Assembly: GCF_009834535.1 (NCBI RefSeq)
Contig: NC_045697.1
Span: 63,490,001 to 63,554,000, forward strand
Direction of reading: 5' to 3'
Source: Camelus ferus
Lineage: Eukaryota
DNA: 64,000 nucleotides
Shown one piece after another: positions 24,193-37,819 of this stretch (positions are counted from its first letter, which is position 1; the number at the start of each line of letters is the position of its first letter). Made by a program: the position numbers and the translations under genes. The notes under the pieces were generated by a model, which had not been told where the DNA came from, searched no databases, and saw only the letters and a list, made by a program, of their open reading frames with translations.

Positions 24193-24606
24193 TGTTACGG
24201 AAACGACAGGCCAGTCAAGAAACAAGCACCACTCGGAGGGTGGGAGTACTCAGATGTATTACGCCGGCGGGCTCAGAGGGGCTTCTGCTCCGAAGCTCTG
24301 AGCACCTCCAAGACGTGCGCATGAGGTTTTATAGGGTAAAGTACAAGCTTGGGGTATTAGGCCAATAGGCATGGAACAGCTTTAGCAGCATTATCATCAC
24401 AAAAGTGGAGGTGGGGAGGCAGCAAACCAACATTCCAAAGCCAGATATGTATCTTTGAAAACCCAACTGGCTAGCAAAAAAACATAAACAGCAAACCAAC
24501 ACTAATTAACTTAGATTTACAAGTTAGTCCTGCAGAACTCAGATCAGTATTCCAATACTTAGACTTGTGAGTTATCTTGTTAGCCCAGCCCGGTTTTTCC
24601 TTCACA
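24193..24606 (-). mobile_element. Young ERV1-class solo LTR with perfect 4-bp TSD
   Basis: TG...CA termini; GTGA at 24189-24192 and 24607-24610; minus-strand TATA (cctataaaa, about 24326-24334); many undecayed CpGs. Confidence 0.9.
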
Positions 24607-24934
24607 GTGAAACAATTTAAATGCAAAATGGATGCCACAGTGAACAGTAGTGATAAAACAGAAGAAAATAGAACTATAAAATGATCTCAATACTAAGAAT
24701 CAAAAATTATAGAAGCAAAAAGGAAAGGGCAAAGTCAAAATTGATTCTAATCTAAAATATTCTAGAAATCAAACTAAGGGAACAGCATTCAACAAAATAA
24801 AAATGTTACATGTATTTATTGCTAATGTAGTTAGCTCCTTATTTTTACAAGAAAACTGTTAGAGAACTGTCAACCTATTTTTTTTTTACAATAAATGGTC
24901 TAAAATGTGAGCATACTCAAACATTCATAACTTA

Positions 24935-25404
24935 TGTCTACTGAAATAAATGCGCAGCCTAAAAGTTAAGAGTTATGTTTTATTTGGCGGGAGGACTCGA
25001 GCTGGGATGACAGCCTCTCAGATTGCTCTGAGGGACTGCTCCAAAGAGGTGGGGGAGGAGCTAGAATATATAGGAGCTTTACGACAAAGACCAGGTAGTT
25101 GGAACAATAAAAGATTGTTATCTAAAGAAAGCCAGGCATCTCAAGTTAAAGAATTTAGTGCTTTTCTATGTATGGGAGAAAGCAAGCATTTGGGCTCACT
25201 GAATTCATTCCTTTGACAAGCACCTAGCTATCTAGGGCCAGTATCCTGTCCTTTCTTATTCTGAGTACCCTCAGAGTGCACCATTGTGAGTGGCTGCAGA
25301 GGCTGGGCTGCAGGCCCGTCCCCACTGGGGGGTGGCAGCAGCCGCTGATGACTTGGTTTCAGCATTCTTTGTTTACTGATATGGTTGCAGTATTTTCGTT
25401 CACA
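24935..25404 (-). mobile_element. ERV1-class solo LTR (MER41-like, artiodactyl) with perfect 4-bp TSD
   Basis: TG...CA termini; CTTA at 24931-24934 and 25405-25408; minus-strand AATAAA at about 24980 and TATA-like cctatatatt at about 25065-25074. Family name is from memory. Confidence 0.88.
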
Positions 25405-28400
25405 CTTACATTTGTGAAAATAGACTGAAGTATATGTGGCAATTAAGTACCAATTACCATGTGTCAGTATTATGCTGGGCAACTTGATTATGTATCTCAC
25501 ATCACACTGTCATACTTTTTTTCTTTATCCTCAAGGAAGTTGAGGCTTAACCATGTTAAATTGCTCAAAGTTAGATTCTTTAAATGACATCTTATAGGTC
25601 TCTATGCATATGTAAATTAAATTTGATTGCTATGGAGAAGCAAAAAGTGTTGCACTATCTTGTTCCTTAGATCATTGCTCACTGTAGCATGCTCAGACTG
25701 GAGAATCAGGCTGAAAGGAACAAAGAAAATAGAAATCATGTAAAGCCAGTGGTTACAAGGGCATCTGAGCTTCTGAAGTTTCTGGAATTCAGGTGCTTTG
25801 TAATGAGAGCTCCTTGAAGTTCCTATAACTTCCAGACACAATTGCCAATTGTCCATTTATTAAACTCCCAATTCCTAGTACATTTCACAGTTCTTGGTTT
25901 GACAGCCAGCCAAGATTAACCGGATAGTGTTTAAAGGCTTCTGGGGTTCGAAGCTGTTGTACCCACCACTTTTTTTCCTTTCAACTACATAACTTTTGTC
26001 AATTGTCCTTCATCTGTGTGCAAACCAGTTTGGTAGCAACACTAAATTATTATTCTAAAAAGTGACTGAACTTTAATTTGAAAAAACTGAGACGTAAAAC
26101 CCATCTAACACCAATATAATAGATGTCCAATCCATATACCTTTTTCTTCCCTTTGTCCTTTATTTTAGTTTTAGTCATTTACTGTTCCCAGCTACGCCAA
26201 ACTGTCAGTTTTGTCATTCTCACTGCATTGCAAACAGGAAAACTAAATTTCAGCACAACTAATGAACTTTCCCATTAGCTAATGAATAGCAGATAAGAGC
26301 CTGAGGGATGTTTTAGGGTGGTGCTAGCCTGCCTTTGCCTAAGATGGACTTCTTACTGGATATACAGAGAAGCCACCTTTTGGCAAGGGGTTTGGAGGGT
26401 GTGACAGTCAATGAAAAAAGAAACTTGTTTTATTGATTGTTCACTTCCTAACTAATCTTACTTTTTGACTAAAAATAATAGATACTGTTCCTAGTTCTCT
26501 ACCATTTTAAACACTATCTTGGACTGAATAGCCTATCTTGTTATAATTTTTCACTTTAGAAAACTATCATTATATAATTTTCCATGGATGAAAGTATATT
26601 TTTCCTTCTGAACTCTGTCAAATAGGCATACTTGTTTTAGCAAAAAGTCAAGCTGCTAGAAGAATGATACTATGCCTGTTAGACTGCTCAAGATTGGCTT
26701 GAGTTCTCCAGTACGTTGCAAAAGGCAGACACTTGGCAAGTTTAATGCCATGCATCTGATGTAATTGAAATGAAGATTGGTTGAATAAGTTTATTTCATC
26801 CTTGAAACTTTATGAATACAACTGTCATTATTTTAACAACAAATGCTGCTGCTTAAGTCTCACTATTTGCATATTGTAATGGAGGGTATTTTTTACATCA
26901 GATAATTTTGGCCAAATGTTAGGTAAATTTTACACTATTTTAAAAATTTTTAGACTGTTTTAGAATTTTTTTTGATGAAGGTTACCTAAGTGACAAGAAA
27001 TTTGTTACCCATTACTCCACTATCCCAATGTGATTCAGGTATTTTTCCTTCCTTTTTAAAAGATGTAATTGGAATGTTAATAACTAAGTATTTGGTCCCG
27101 AATTTTATGTCAAATACATTTTATGTCTGTTTTCTTAATCTTAAAAGTAACATTACTGGAGTCAAGGACAAAACATCCTTTTTCACAAGCTTTAGGGGTT
27201 ACTTTTTAACTTTTTAAAAAACTTAGTGGTATAAGTCCATATTTGCTAATATTTTTTGTCAATTGTGTATGAAAATAGGCATATAATGAGTCCTTTTGAA
27301 ACAAAATGAAATTTCAGTGACTAAATTTTCTGTCCCTACTGGAAATGTATGCAAAGGAATAAAGTTTTATTTGCGTGTGTTCAGCTAGAGTTAGATATAT
27401 GCATAAACACATTTGATAATCTAACCAAAACTGTGACAACTTATTTCTGAGCCATAGCAAATGGGTAATGTAATTTTAAAAAAATGAAGCTTCAGTGTTT
27501 ACTGGTATGTGTTTAAAAAAAAAATTGTTTCTTAGAAAACTACAGAACTTAAACATGTTAATTGCTTCGAATTGACTGTTTATATCCTGTTTGATTGTTT
27601 TATGTATGCAGAAGTGTGATTACCAAAGTGCATGATCTTAGAGATTCAAAAGTAAATGAAGCACTGCATTCTGGAAACCTGTATGTCTGTCATTAGGCAA
27701 ATGAACATGATTCCTTTTGTTCCAAAATACGTAAAAATTTGCCATATTTTTTTTTTTTACTCAGAAGCCTTTAACTACTAAAAACTCAGATTGACAAGAC
27801 CAATCTTTCCCAACATTTTATAGATGTTTCCTTTGAGAACTAAATGATGTATACTTGAAAAAAATACTAAAGTTTCAATTTCATTGTTCTAATTTATAGT
27901 ATTCTTCCACAGATAATGTTAAACTTTTTGCAACAATACACTTCCTATATATCAATGCTAAGCCTACTACATACATGCTGTCCTAGTCATATTCCATCTT
28001 TGAGGAGACAAGATAGACACCTATTATAGTTTCAAAGACAAATGACCTTACATTCTTCAGTGTTTTTCTAATAACTTATGGGGCTAGTTCCCTTCCCTTT
28101 AACACAAGGACAGTATAAAGTAAGCTCTGAAGTTAGAGACTACTAATAGCCCTTTCATGATGGCTTGTACTTGGGACATTTTTCTTGGTAAGAAGAAAGA
28201 CTTACGACAAGGGATTTGTGTATCTCTATAAAGACATTTCATTACTTAATTGCCACTCAGTCCCCAGTATTAAGAACCAGTGCATAAAATAGTGCATTTC
28301 CCAAAAGCACTCAAATTATTTAATGAATAAATTAATATATTATTCTAAGTAGGCAAAATTCATTCCTAATTCCTCAGCTGAAATAAACAAAGCCTTCATT

Positions 28401-30684
28401 GTGTTATATATGCAACTCTAAATGATTTTCCATGTATTTTCAGTTTAAAGGAAGTTCTTTGAAGATTTCTGTCAGTTGGCCCTCATGGAAGTTATAAACC
28501 TATTTCCCTCCCTAGTATTCACAAGTTGATGATTAATGATCAGGATAAACTCTAAAATGAATAATTTATTTCTTGCTAACAATCAACTTTAAGTCATTAG
28601 GATTTCATAAATGATTCTCAAAGGATAGGTTGAATCTTAGTACCTCAGTAAGCTGAATGAATTAATACTAAACATTGATGTTGGAGGTTACTTGAATGTA
28701 TAGTTTCAGTACAATCTTCCTTTTACCATAGGATTCCTTGGCTAATTACAGTGCAGAGGAAAAAGGCTAACCTCATTCTAGAAGTATTAAAGGATAGTTT
28801 CCAGATGTTCACTAATGCAAATAAAGAATTAAATCTGTATCACTACTAATGCAAATTAAGAAATATCTATCAATCATGTTGCATCATTTTTCAACTACTG
28901 TTACTTTAAAATACCTTTTTCATTTGTACCTACTAACATTTTTTTCTTAGAATTTTACTTTTTTTTCCAAACTAACATAGCCAGTTACAGCTTCATATTA
29001 GAACTTCTAAATACAATGATTTTAGACATACTTGCCACTTTATATTTAAGGTTACATTTATGATATGAAGTATTATCTTGGGACCATGAGACAACATTGT
29101 AAGACTGTAATCCCAGTTCAGTGATGTGCTTAAAATTACTGCATGTTATACATAGGATTTGCCCCTTGAGCATATTTTATTCAAATCTAGTTGAAAGATA
29201 TTTTCTTTGCTTTCCCGGTACATCTTTGATAACATCTAATGCTTTGTCAGCAGCTCCTGGAATTCTCATCAAAGATGACAACTGAGTAAAACCAGATTTT
29301 TCCAGAGAGATGTATCCAACTAGAATATAGTTTTATTTTTGCCACATTGAAATACGTTACACCAGATTGTTTTAATTGTATGCAAGACATCTGGGAGAAT
29401 TTTGTTACAGTCTAGAGAATCATATACATACCATTATGAAATTTTAGCCTTTTTTGCCTTATTATAGCCAACACAAGGTCTAGAATATAATGGGTGCATA
29501 TTTCCTAATTTCCAGTGACTTGACTCTACTGAATTAAGCCTAGAATTCAGTGATAGACTCTGCCTTTTAAAACTGGTACTCACATATATGACTTAAAGAT
29601 ATTTCAGGACTTGGGGAAGACTTTCCCATTTGGGTCATCTTCTCAACATTCTGAAATAGATAGACCTCTGTTCTGACCTGGCATGAGAGTAATGATATTC
29701 CTACATGGGCAAATTATATGGTACTCCTGGGTGGAATATTTTTAGCTCAATAGGAAGCTGACAAATAGAATTTCATGCACACTCATCTATGCCCCTCATT
29801 CCCTTACCGTTCTGCTACTGATGAACGGAAACGATCAGCAAACCCACAGAATTTAGATCAAGCTGCTTTTTGGGTCTGTCATCCTAATGAAAGATTATTA
29901 GTTCAGTGTCAAACTGCAGAAAAATTTTTGTTCATAACCTAAAATGGATGAGCAGACACATATTCTGCTGAGCCTCGCCCAACCACAAACCTTGCTGTGT
30001 GGGTCCTTTCTCTTCTTAGCCCTCTCTAACTTACCCCTAGAGTTCCTGGCAGACACTCTAGTCCTTTTAGTCTAACAAAATTTAAAAATTTAAAAATTTT
30101 AACATAGCAGTACTGCATAGTGTATATATACCCATATAGGAAAATCATAACTAATGATAAAATTTTAAAATTCAAGAATATAAATATTTCTAGTTAATGG
30201 GGTCTCTCAATATTTTCATTACTAGAAAGATTGAGATTATAAATACATAATTTAAAATGTTTCAATTGTCCAATTTAATTATTCAGTAATCAAATGAATG
30301 CAATAGGTAAATGAACTGTTTTCTATCATTAAATACATATTTGAATTGTAACTTACATGAACTGCTCTATCATTTTCAGCCTGTGAATTACCAAGTGTTT
30401 TATGTGTTCTATATTGCTAACTGCTTTGAGAAATATTAGTAAGATCTTAGGCTCCTTGGATTATCTGAAGAATCCAAAATAGATACAAGCAATTAATCAT
30501 ATACTTAGTTAGCTTATGACACCAAAAAACATCAGAACATCAAACATGTGTATGACAATAGATTTAAGTAACAGCAGGTTTAATAAATGTGAGTATACTT
30601 TTCATACAACTTCCAACTACAGGTTCTGAAACAACTGAAATCTAGACATGAAAGAATGCAAGACCTGTGCCCTCCATATGCCCT

Positions 30685-31036
30685 CTATCTTGTTTGCGCT
30701 GCTGGAGCACAGTACCATAGACTGTGTGGCTTAACAGTAAGGATGTATTTCTCAAAGTTCTGGAGCCTGAAAGTCTGAGACCAGGGTGCCAGCGTGGTTG
30801 AATTCTAGTAAGGGCTGGCTTCTAGGTTGCACACTACCAACTTCTAGTCGCATCCTCATATGGTAGGAAGAGGACAGGCTAGCTCTCTGGTCCCTTCTTA
30901 TGAGGGCATTAATCTCTTTCCTGAGGGCTCTACCTCAAGACCTAAGGACCTCCCAAAAGCCCCACCTCCTAATCCCATCACATTGGGCATTCAGTATCTA
31001 TGAATTTTGAAGGATACAAGCATTCAGTCTGTAACA
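30685..31036 (-). mobile_element. MLT1A0/MLT1B-type MaLR solo LTR
   Basis: gtaccatagactgtgtggcttaac...tatttctcaaagttctggag...cctcccaaaagccccacctcctaatcccatcacattggg...cattcagtctgtaaca. Confidence 0.85.
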
Positions 31037-31865
31037 GACCTGTAGAAGTGGTATGTGCCTACTAACCTTGCTGCAGGCTCATTGCTGCATCACATCTATG
31101 GTCCCAAAAATGGAACCATGAAAAGACATTGATTTCTAGAAGGCAATTTTGAAAGGTTTTATTTTCTTTCCACAAATTTTGTATTTTAATGAAACTGGTG
31201 CAATTTCCAATTAAAATATCTCAGGCCAAAAAGTACAAATGAAATAAAGAGCAGCATTCTGTTTTTTACACTTCTGCATGAATAACAAGAGTGGCCATCT
31301 TCCCCAACCCGTCAGGGCTCTGACAGGAGGCACAGACCAAGTCCTAAGTCCTGGTCCAAGTATGTTTATGTGGAAGGAGGAGCAGGAGGAGAAAGTCCAC
31401 ATCAATACATCAGATTATCTCAAAAGAGGCCATCAGAGAGGCTGAACTCCCCATGTTTTATTCTTTAACCCAATCTCAACAATTAGATAGGCATTTCTCT
31501 TCTGTTGTTGAAGCATAGTTTAGGAGGAATAAAACAAAGTCTGGAAATCCTTCTTCCATTCTTCCAAAATGGGGAAAGTTCATACTTAACAACTAAGATA
31601 GGAACACTAGAATAAAAAGAAAATGGTTCTCTCAAAGGGAAATGTTAAATAAAAGACTGATACATGGATTGTCTCTTTATTCTATCTGATAGTCATTAGC
31701 TAATCCTCTGGTCTTTGAGATAGTGGCTTCGACTGAAATTATAATAAATTAATATAACGATGTAATACAATTCTAAAATTATAATACAACATACTTTATA
31801 GAACATGTCCTAAATTATCCTTTTGATCTCTGCTGCTTTAGCATCTTGACATTTATTATTTTATT

Positions 31866-33048
31866 AAAGCTGCCATTGAGATAAGCATCATTTAGTAGGA
31901 GAAAATTCTATAATTTACTATGGATAAAAAAAAGTTAAATCCGTTCCACTAAATTCTAATATTAAATGTGTGTGGGTGGAAAAGAACGAGGAGAAAGGTT
32001 GTATCTTAATTCAGAAATAGAAAGGAGACAAAATAACCATTTTCGATTACAAGAGGTTGACTCTGACATTAATTTCACTATGAGAAATCTGTAATCTTCA
32101 TTTTAAAGAAATTCGTAGCAGTATTATTTACGAAGTGCTGTGTGCTCAAATCTTTGAAGAACTTTTCTATATTATGATTAGCTTAAGATGTCTAGCCTGG
32201 AGTGTTTCATTTTTTTTTTTAGCTTTGTGATTACATCCTCCCACTAGTTATCTGCTGAAATGAAGTAGACAGCTCTGAATTTCAGCAAACTCAGGAGTAA
32301 GGTTTCATGATTAGTATTAAAAAAAATTTAAATGTCAATATTTAAAATGTTTCATAGTTCATAAATTTTGTCTTCACTGACTACAGTGCCTATGTATAAG
32401 GCTTAAAGCACAACAGCAAAGGGATATTATACTGCAAAAACAAAGCATCTTTATCCATGAAATCTGTGAAGCCTCTCAGTTTCTTTGATAGTTATAACCC
32501 TGTCTGCAAGTCTGAATTTCCATGGCAATTGTTGCATTTCTCATTAGAGAGTAAATTCTTTTTTTCGGTTGATGATAATAGCATCTGGGTTAATGAAGAA
32601 ACCATTTTTTTCACCCCTTAAAAAAAAATGGTAGATAGTACCAGTGTGCTATCATGTAATCATCATGTAAGTTAGGCAGACTACCTGATTCCTTACAGCT
32701 CAGAAACACCTTGCCTATGACATGTCCCTATAGAGTTTTACCTGTATCCTAGAGACAGAGTCAGCACCTAGACTCAGCGGTCACTAAGTGATGTTTTTCC
32801 TCCCCTTTGGAAAATAAGATCAGTGTCTAAAACCTCTGTAGTGATTTGAAACAGGAATGACACATGCCTTTTCAAAAATAGCCTTTGTTATCAAAATACT
32901 AGTTTTGATGACTCATTCCTAAGACAAGAAATCAGGAACATGTTTGGGGCAAGGGTGGGAACAAACAAAAAACAATGCTTGAGAAAGTTGCCATTGAAAT
33001 GAGCATCATTTAGTAGGAGAGAATTCTTTATTTTACTATGGATAAAAA
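31866..33048 (+). repeat. Pair of 65-bp direct repeats (31866-31930 and 32984-33048)
   Basis: Ungapped manual alignment gives 59/65 identity; offset 1118 bp. Confidence 0.95.
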
Positions 33049-34484
33049 TTTCTGTTTGTATCCCCTGACATAGCCTGGGCTAGGATACTTTTTGTATCAG
33101 AACTACTTATGATCTCAGTTTTCTCCTTTGCCCAGGTTTCTGGCTACTGTGTAGAATTTTCAAAGCTGGATTGAATTTTAACATATTATAAATCAAGTAG
33201 AAACTGTATTATCTCTATTTTGAGGTTTGTCCTGGTACTCTGGAAGTGTGTCTGGCTCTCATTTGTCCTCAAAATAACCAAAAGTTCAGTAGAAAGAATG
33301 TGATTTCTCTTGCCAGTTAGCTTCTATGACTTGTCCAGTGAATGAGAGTTGGAAGAGGAGTCATAAATGTGAACTTCGTGTATTTAATGTACATGACTGC
33401 TGTCCTTTGTGCATTGCTTCTTCCTGAATGTTGGCTTTTTTAATGTTTGTTTTCCACCTTAAACGGTAATGCTTGGCGTTAGTGCTCAGTGAGCATTAAT
33501 TACTCCACCCCACTAGCCTTTATTGGCCTAATTTATTAATAGTTTATTGCTCCTCACCAACTTTATCTAAAACATCTTTAAACAAAGTTAATTTTGAAAG
33601 CAAAATGACACATTTTCTATTTTTTAAATAGTAATTACATTTAAAAATGTTATTAAAATTCTTAGTATTTTTTTCTCTGCCAGGAACAAGTTAGATAGGA
33701 AATGTGGGTTGTTTTGTTCTTGGTCCTTTTATATGCTGAAACTCTAATTCCTTGACTGGGTTAGCTCTGTGGCGCCATCTCTGTGCCTGTTGGGTTTCAG
33801 TTGATCTTAGGGAGATAGGGAATAAAGAGGAAACTAGCAGGAACCCAGAGGCAAAATAGATTTAGAAATAATGACGCCAAGGATGAACCAATATCTGGAT
33901 TGTACAGGAAGCCAGTCTGTTTCAGGTAAACATCAGAGTCTGAAAGGGAAGGAGGAGGAACCTTGGGGTGCTAAATGGTTATTGGCTTTGAATAAACAAA
34001 GACGACTGGGAAATGGTCTGACATGTCTGATTGTCAGAATTATTAGGACATAAAATGGGAAATAGCAAGAAGTAGGGTGAACTTCAGGGAGAAAGGCTCT
34101 TGGAGGAGAGCAAGAGAAGCATGAAGGACACTGACTACTGATAGGTAAGGGTGGGAATTCTTAGGGAATTAGTATCTAAAGGGAAAGGGTCATGGAGAGA
34201 ACCTCCCTTGTTTACTGAAAACAATGCCTAATCACAAATCTGCCATTCCATCTTTATTAATCCCATGTTCAAAAATAAGTTTCATAGTAACTATATGCAC
34301 ACTTTATACACTATCCAAGAGATGTGTATGAGGAGATTTCTGCCTAATAGGCTATGAAATCGCTTGTGTCTTCAGGGAAAAAAAAAAATATCCCAAAGTA
34401 AGAATAAGACTTTAGGTTGGCTGAACATCTGAAGACTATTTCTAGACTTTGTAAGTTCAAGAGGATGACATCTCTTAGAAAGTC

Positions 34485-34700
34485 AGCATAGGTTAAAAAT
34501 TAAGTGTGGGTCCTTTGGAGGTGCACATGACAGTTTTCAAAACCCAGTTCTCCACCATCTATTATTTGACCTTAGGCAAATTACATAACACCTCATTTCC
34601 TCAGTTTTTTCATCTGTGGTCTAGAGGTAATAGCATTTATACAGCTGTGGTGCACATTAAATGAGTCAATGAAAAAGTGCTATAACAGTGTAGCTGTTAG
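34485..34700 (+). mobile_element. MIR SINE
   Basis: tgaccttaggcaaattacataac...cctcagttttttcatctgt...attaaatgagtcaat...aaagtgctataacagtg. Confidence 0.78.
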
Positions 34701-35739
34701 CTGCCCAAGTGAGCCCTTCTCTGGTTTCAGGAAATCTGCTGCTTTAAAGATTTCCAGGTCTTTGATCTGCTGGAATGAAGTTGGTCTTCAGGAGAAATTG
34801 GTAATAAACTAAGAGGCCTCTTACCAGTGTTGCCTAAGACTGTCTAAAGCATTCTTCAAATGTAAAGTATTATTAACCTTTGTTCATATTTGAGATTTTA
34901 ATATAATTTTGCTTTTAATATTTAAGATGTGATTTAAAATTTTTAAGATTTGGTACATTTTTACGAGTAATCTTTTTGTCTCGGCATTAAAATGCTTTCT
35001 AGAGGATTGATGTAATATAGAACTTTTCTTAAATCTTATTATACCTGACGTATTTTTTTCATACTTATTCTTTCTTTTCTTTGGCTGGTTTTTCCATTAT
35101 GGCCTTTGTTTATCTGGCCAAGCAACATGGTACAAAATCTTTAAAACAAATCTTCTAAATTTTCTTAACAGTATGAATATATTTCAAGAGAGTGTACGTT
35201 ATTTGCCTCTCTCTAGGCATAAAATCTGTTGTATCAGTTTTTTTAAAATTCTAAAATTATTACTGCAATCCATCAGGGAAACTTAACTACCTGATGAGTC
35301 TAATAACATTACTTAGTATCTTGGAGCTGAAAGGTAATAATATAAAATGCATTCTTTTATGTGTTCGGTACTCTTGAGCCCTAGCCAAACCTTGCAAGAT
35401 TTTGTAAATTTTTCAAGCAGTCTATATGACCTCATATATTATTACATATTAGATGTTCTCCAAGATACTGTTATAAATCATGTCATTATTCACATCTCCT
35501 TTCCAGTAATATATATAAATTGAGATATATGTGGCAACTGGGTATTACTAAACTAATATTATACTTCAGAGTTCTTGAACACTTGCTTAACCATGCATGA
35601 TAAAAAAAAATTTTTTTTTTCCTAAGCCCTGGGCATTGACTCATATTTTACAACAGTTACTGGCAGTAACAAATGTTGGTACTATTGAAGACAGTCTCTT
35701 GTGGGAACTACTTTGCCCTCACTGTTCTTGCGTATCAGC

Positions 35740-36354
35740 CTCCTGATTCTTTCTTGAACACACAAAGCATGCTCCTTCCTTCTGGTTATTTGCTGTAAGC
35801 TGCTGTCTCAGACCAGTACACTCTTCCCCGTTGATGTGGTTACTACCTCCTGTCCTTCAATAATTTGCTCAAATGTCACTTTCTGAAATTCCTCTACTCT
35901 ACCCTATTGAAAATAGCAATCTGGCACCCACATCATATGCCCTATTACCGTTATTCTGCTTTCTTTTTTCCATAGCACTTACTATGTTCTAATACACTTT
36001 CTACCTATTTATAAGATGGTAGTTAATATCTTCCCAGTCCAGCCAATGTGTAAGTGCTAAGAAGAAAAGATAGTTATTTTATTCAGCAATGTGTCCCTAG
36101 TTTCCAGGCAAGGGGTCAGCAAACCTTTTCTGTAAAGGGTCAGATAATAAATATTTTATGTTCTGTGGTCCATACAGTGTCTCAACCAAACCGTGATGTT
36201 GTGGACTGAAAGCAGGTATAGACAGTATGTAAATGATGAATGTAGCTGTGTTTTATTAAAAATGGTATTTACCGGAATAGATTCTAGACTAGATTTGGCT
36301 GCGGTTTGCTAATGTCTGGCACATAAGTTCTTAATAAATATTAGAATAAATGAA
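35740..36354 (+). mobile_element. L2 3' end, interrupted by MER58
   Basis: ttgctcaaatgtcactttct...ttccatagcacttact...gtgtccctagt [insert] tctggcacataagttcttaataaatattagaataaatgaa, the characteristic L2 tail. Confidence 0.8.
36110..36316. mobile_element. MER58A-like hAT-Charlie MITE nested in L2
   Basis: aggggtcagcaaaccttttctgtaaagggtcagataataaatatttta...gatttggctgcggtttgctaa with decayed terminal inverted repeats. Confidence 0.82.
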
Positions 36355-37819
36355 ACATATATTAAAATTAAACATGTTTAAAATGTAAATGTAAATTACC
36401 TGACAAGTTTACCTTTCTTTCACCCTAAAATTGAGTCATTTCTTAATTAAAATATTTACTTTGGCCTTACTGCCATCTTAAGAGTTCCTCATTATATTAA
36501 AACTAAAGTATATTCTTATACATGACAGTAACTGGAATATAATGGACTTATTTGAATTTTAATGAGCAGTAAAAGATTGTCTGGACCAAACAACAGCAAA
36601 ACCCTGAGTTCAAGATTAGTATGAAATATGTTGGTTAGTTTTTATTTTTTAATTTAATTTCCAAACAACAGAAGTATTTCTTCAATATCTTAAGACACCG
36701 ATTTCTATAATGTGTAATGTTCTTTCTTCAACTGAAAATGAGAGGCTTTCCCATTTCTCGAGTTAGATATTAACCCAGAATGGTGACAGTATACTTGCAG
36801 CTCTTAATTCCTCACTCTGGAACACGTTTCTAAGCAGCAATACAAGATGTGGACTAGTTCATGTCGTAGTGCTACAGGCCTATTTAAAGGTGTTATTTAT
36901 GAGTGTTACTGATCCTAAGTATTCAGCATGAAAAGTAGCTTTGTCTAGTTACAGAACACTGAATACTACAACAAACTGAAGAATTCTTCAGTCACCTTGA
37001 AGTGGAAAATTAGTTCACCATCTCAAATGTCTTCTGAAAGTCATTGGATCACTTTGTTTCTGATAACCTTTAGAAGACTTCTTTATTGACCAAGAAATTT
37101 AAGGTAGCTGTGTGCTCGTTGTGAATAGGAATATGTATGTTTGTGCATGGAAACCTTTCAGAATGATAGTGAAACTTTTTCCTCTTAGAGAAGAAAGCAT
37201 CAGTTACCACAGTAGGAGATGTAAAAAAAAAAAAAAAAAAAAAAAATTGGAGTATGTCATCTATCCTCACAGAATCTGTTTGCTGTCTTTGAAATAGAAT
37301 TACTTTTATGGGAATCTGTTAACATTGTTATTGGAACTTGCCTATCAGAGAAATTAATTTTGGCATTTAGATTGTATCAAGATCAGACTGAGAATAATTG
37401 AAGCATATCATTTTCGAACTGCTAAAAGCTATTAGATTTGAAGTTTTAGAATGGTAATATATAAAATACAAAGGAAATTTTCAGAAATAATTCATTACAG
37501 TCAGACCTGAGATGAAGGAATTCTTTCCTATGATGTCAACAAAAGAGATATTGATTAATTCTTAGATGTGAAAGAATCCTTTACCCATGAATAATACTAT
37601 ATTAAATTACATAATTTGTTTTGACAGAAATTCTTTGGGCACAGGTTTATTACATATGCTCTTAAATACTAAAAGAATTATCTATCATAATATGATTACT
37701 GAGTTTTATTTTGGTTTAATTTTTTCTAATAGGGTACTTTATTCCTTTTGATACTTACTCCCACGTTTGTAATACACAACTTAATTGATTACCCATATTT
37801 TAACTGCTATTACAGAGCT

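Noticed and set aside
24935..25404. Interferon-inducible STAT1 (GAS) enhancer, as known for some MER41 elements
   Set aside because: I could not find the tandem TTCCNGGAA-type GAS motifs in this copy by eye.
33479..33499. Near-palindrome ttagtgctca-g-tgagcattaa as a miRNA or structured RNA
   Set aside because: The stem is far too short for a pre-miRNA and has no supporting context.
33770..33790. CTCF- or YY1-like motif ggcgccatctctgtg
   Set aside because: Only a partial match to either consensus, and isolated.
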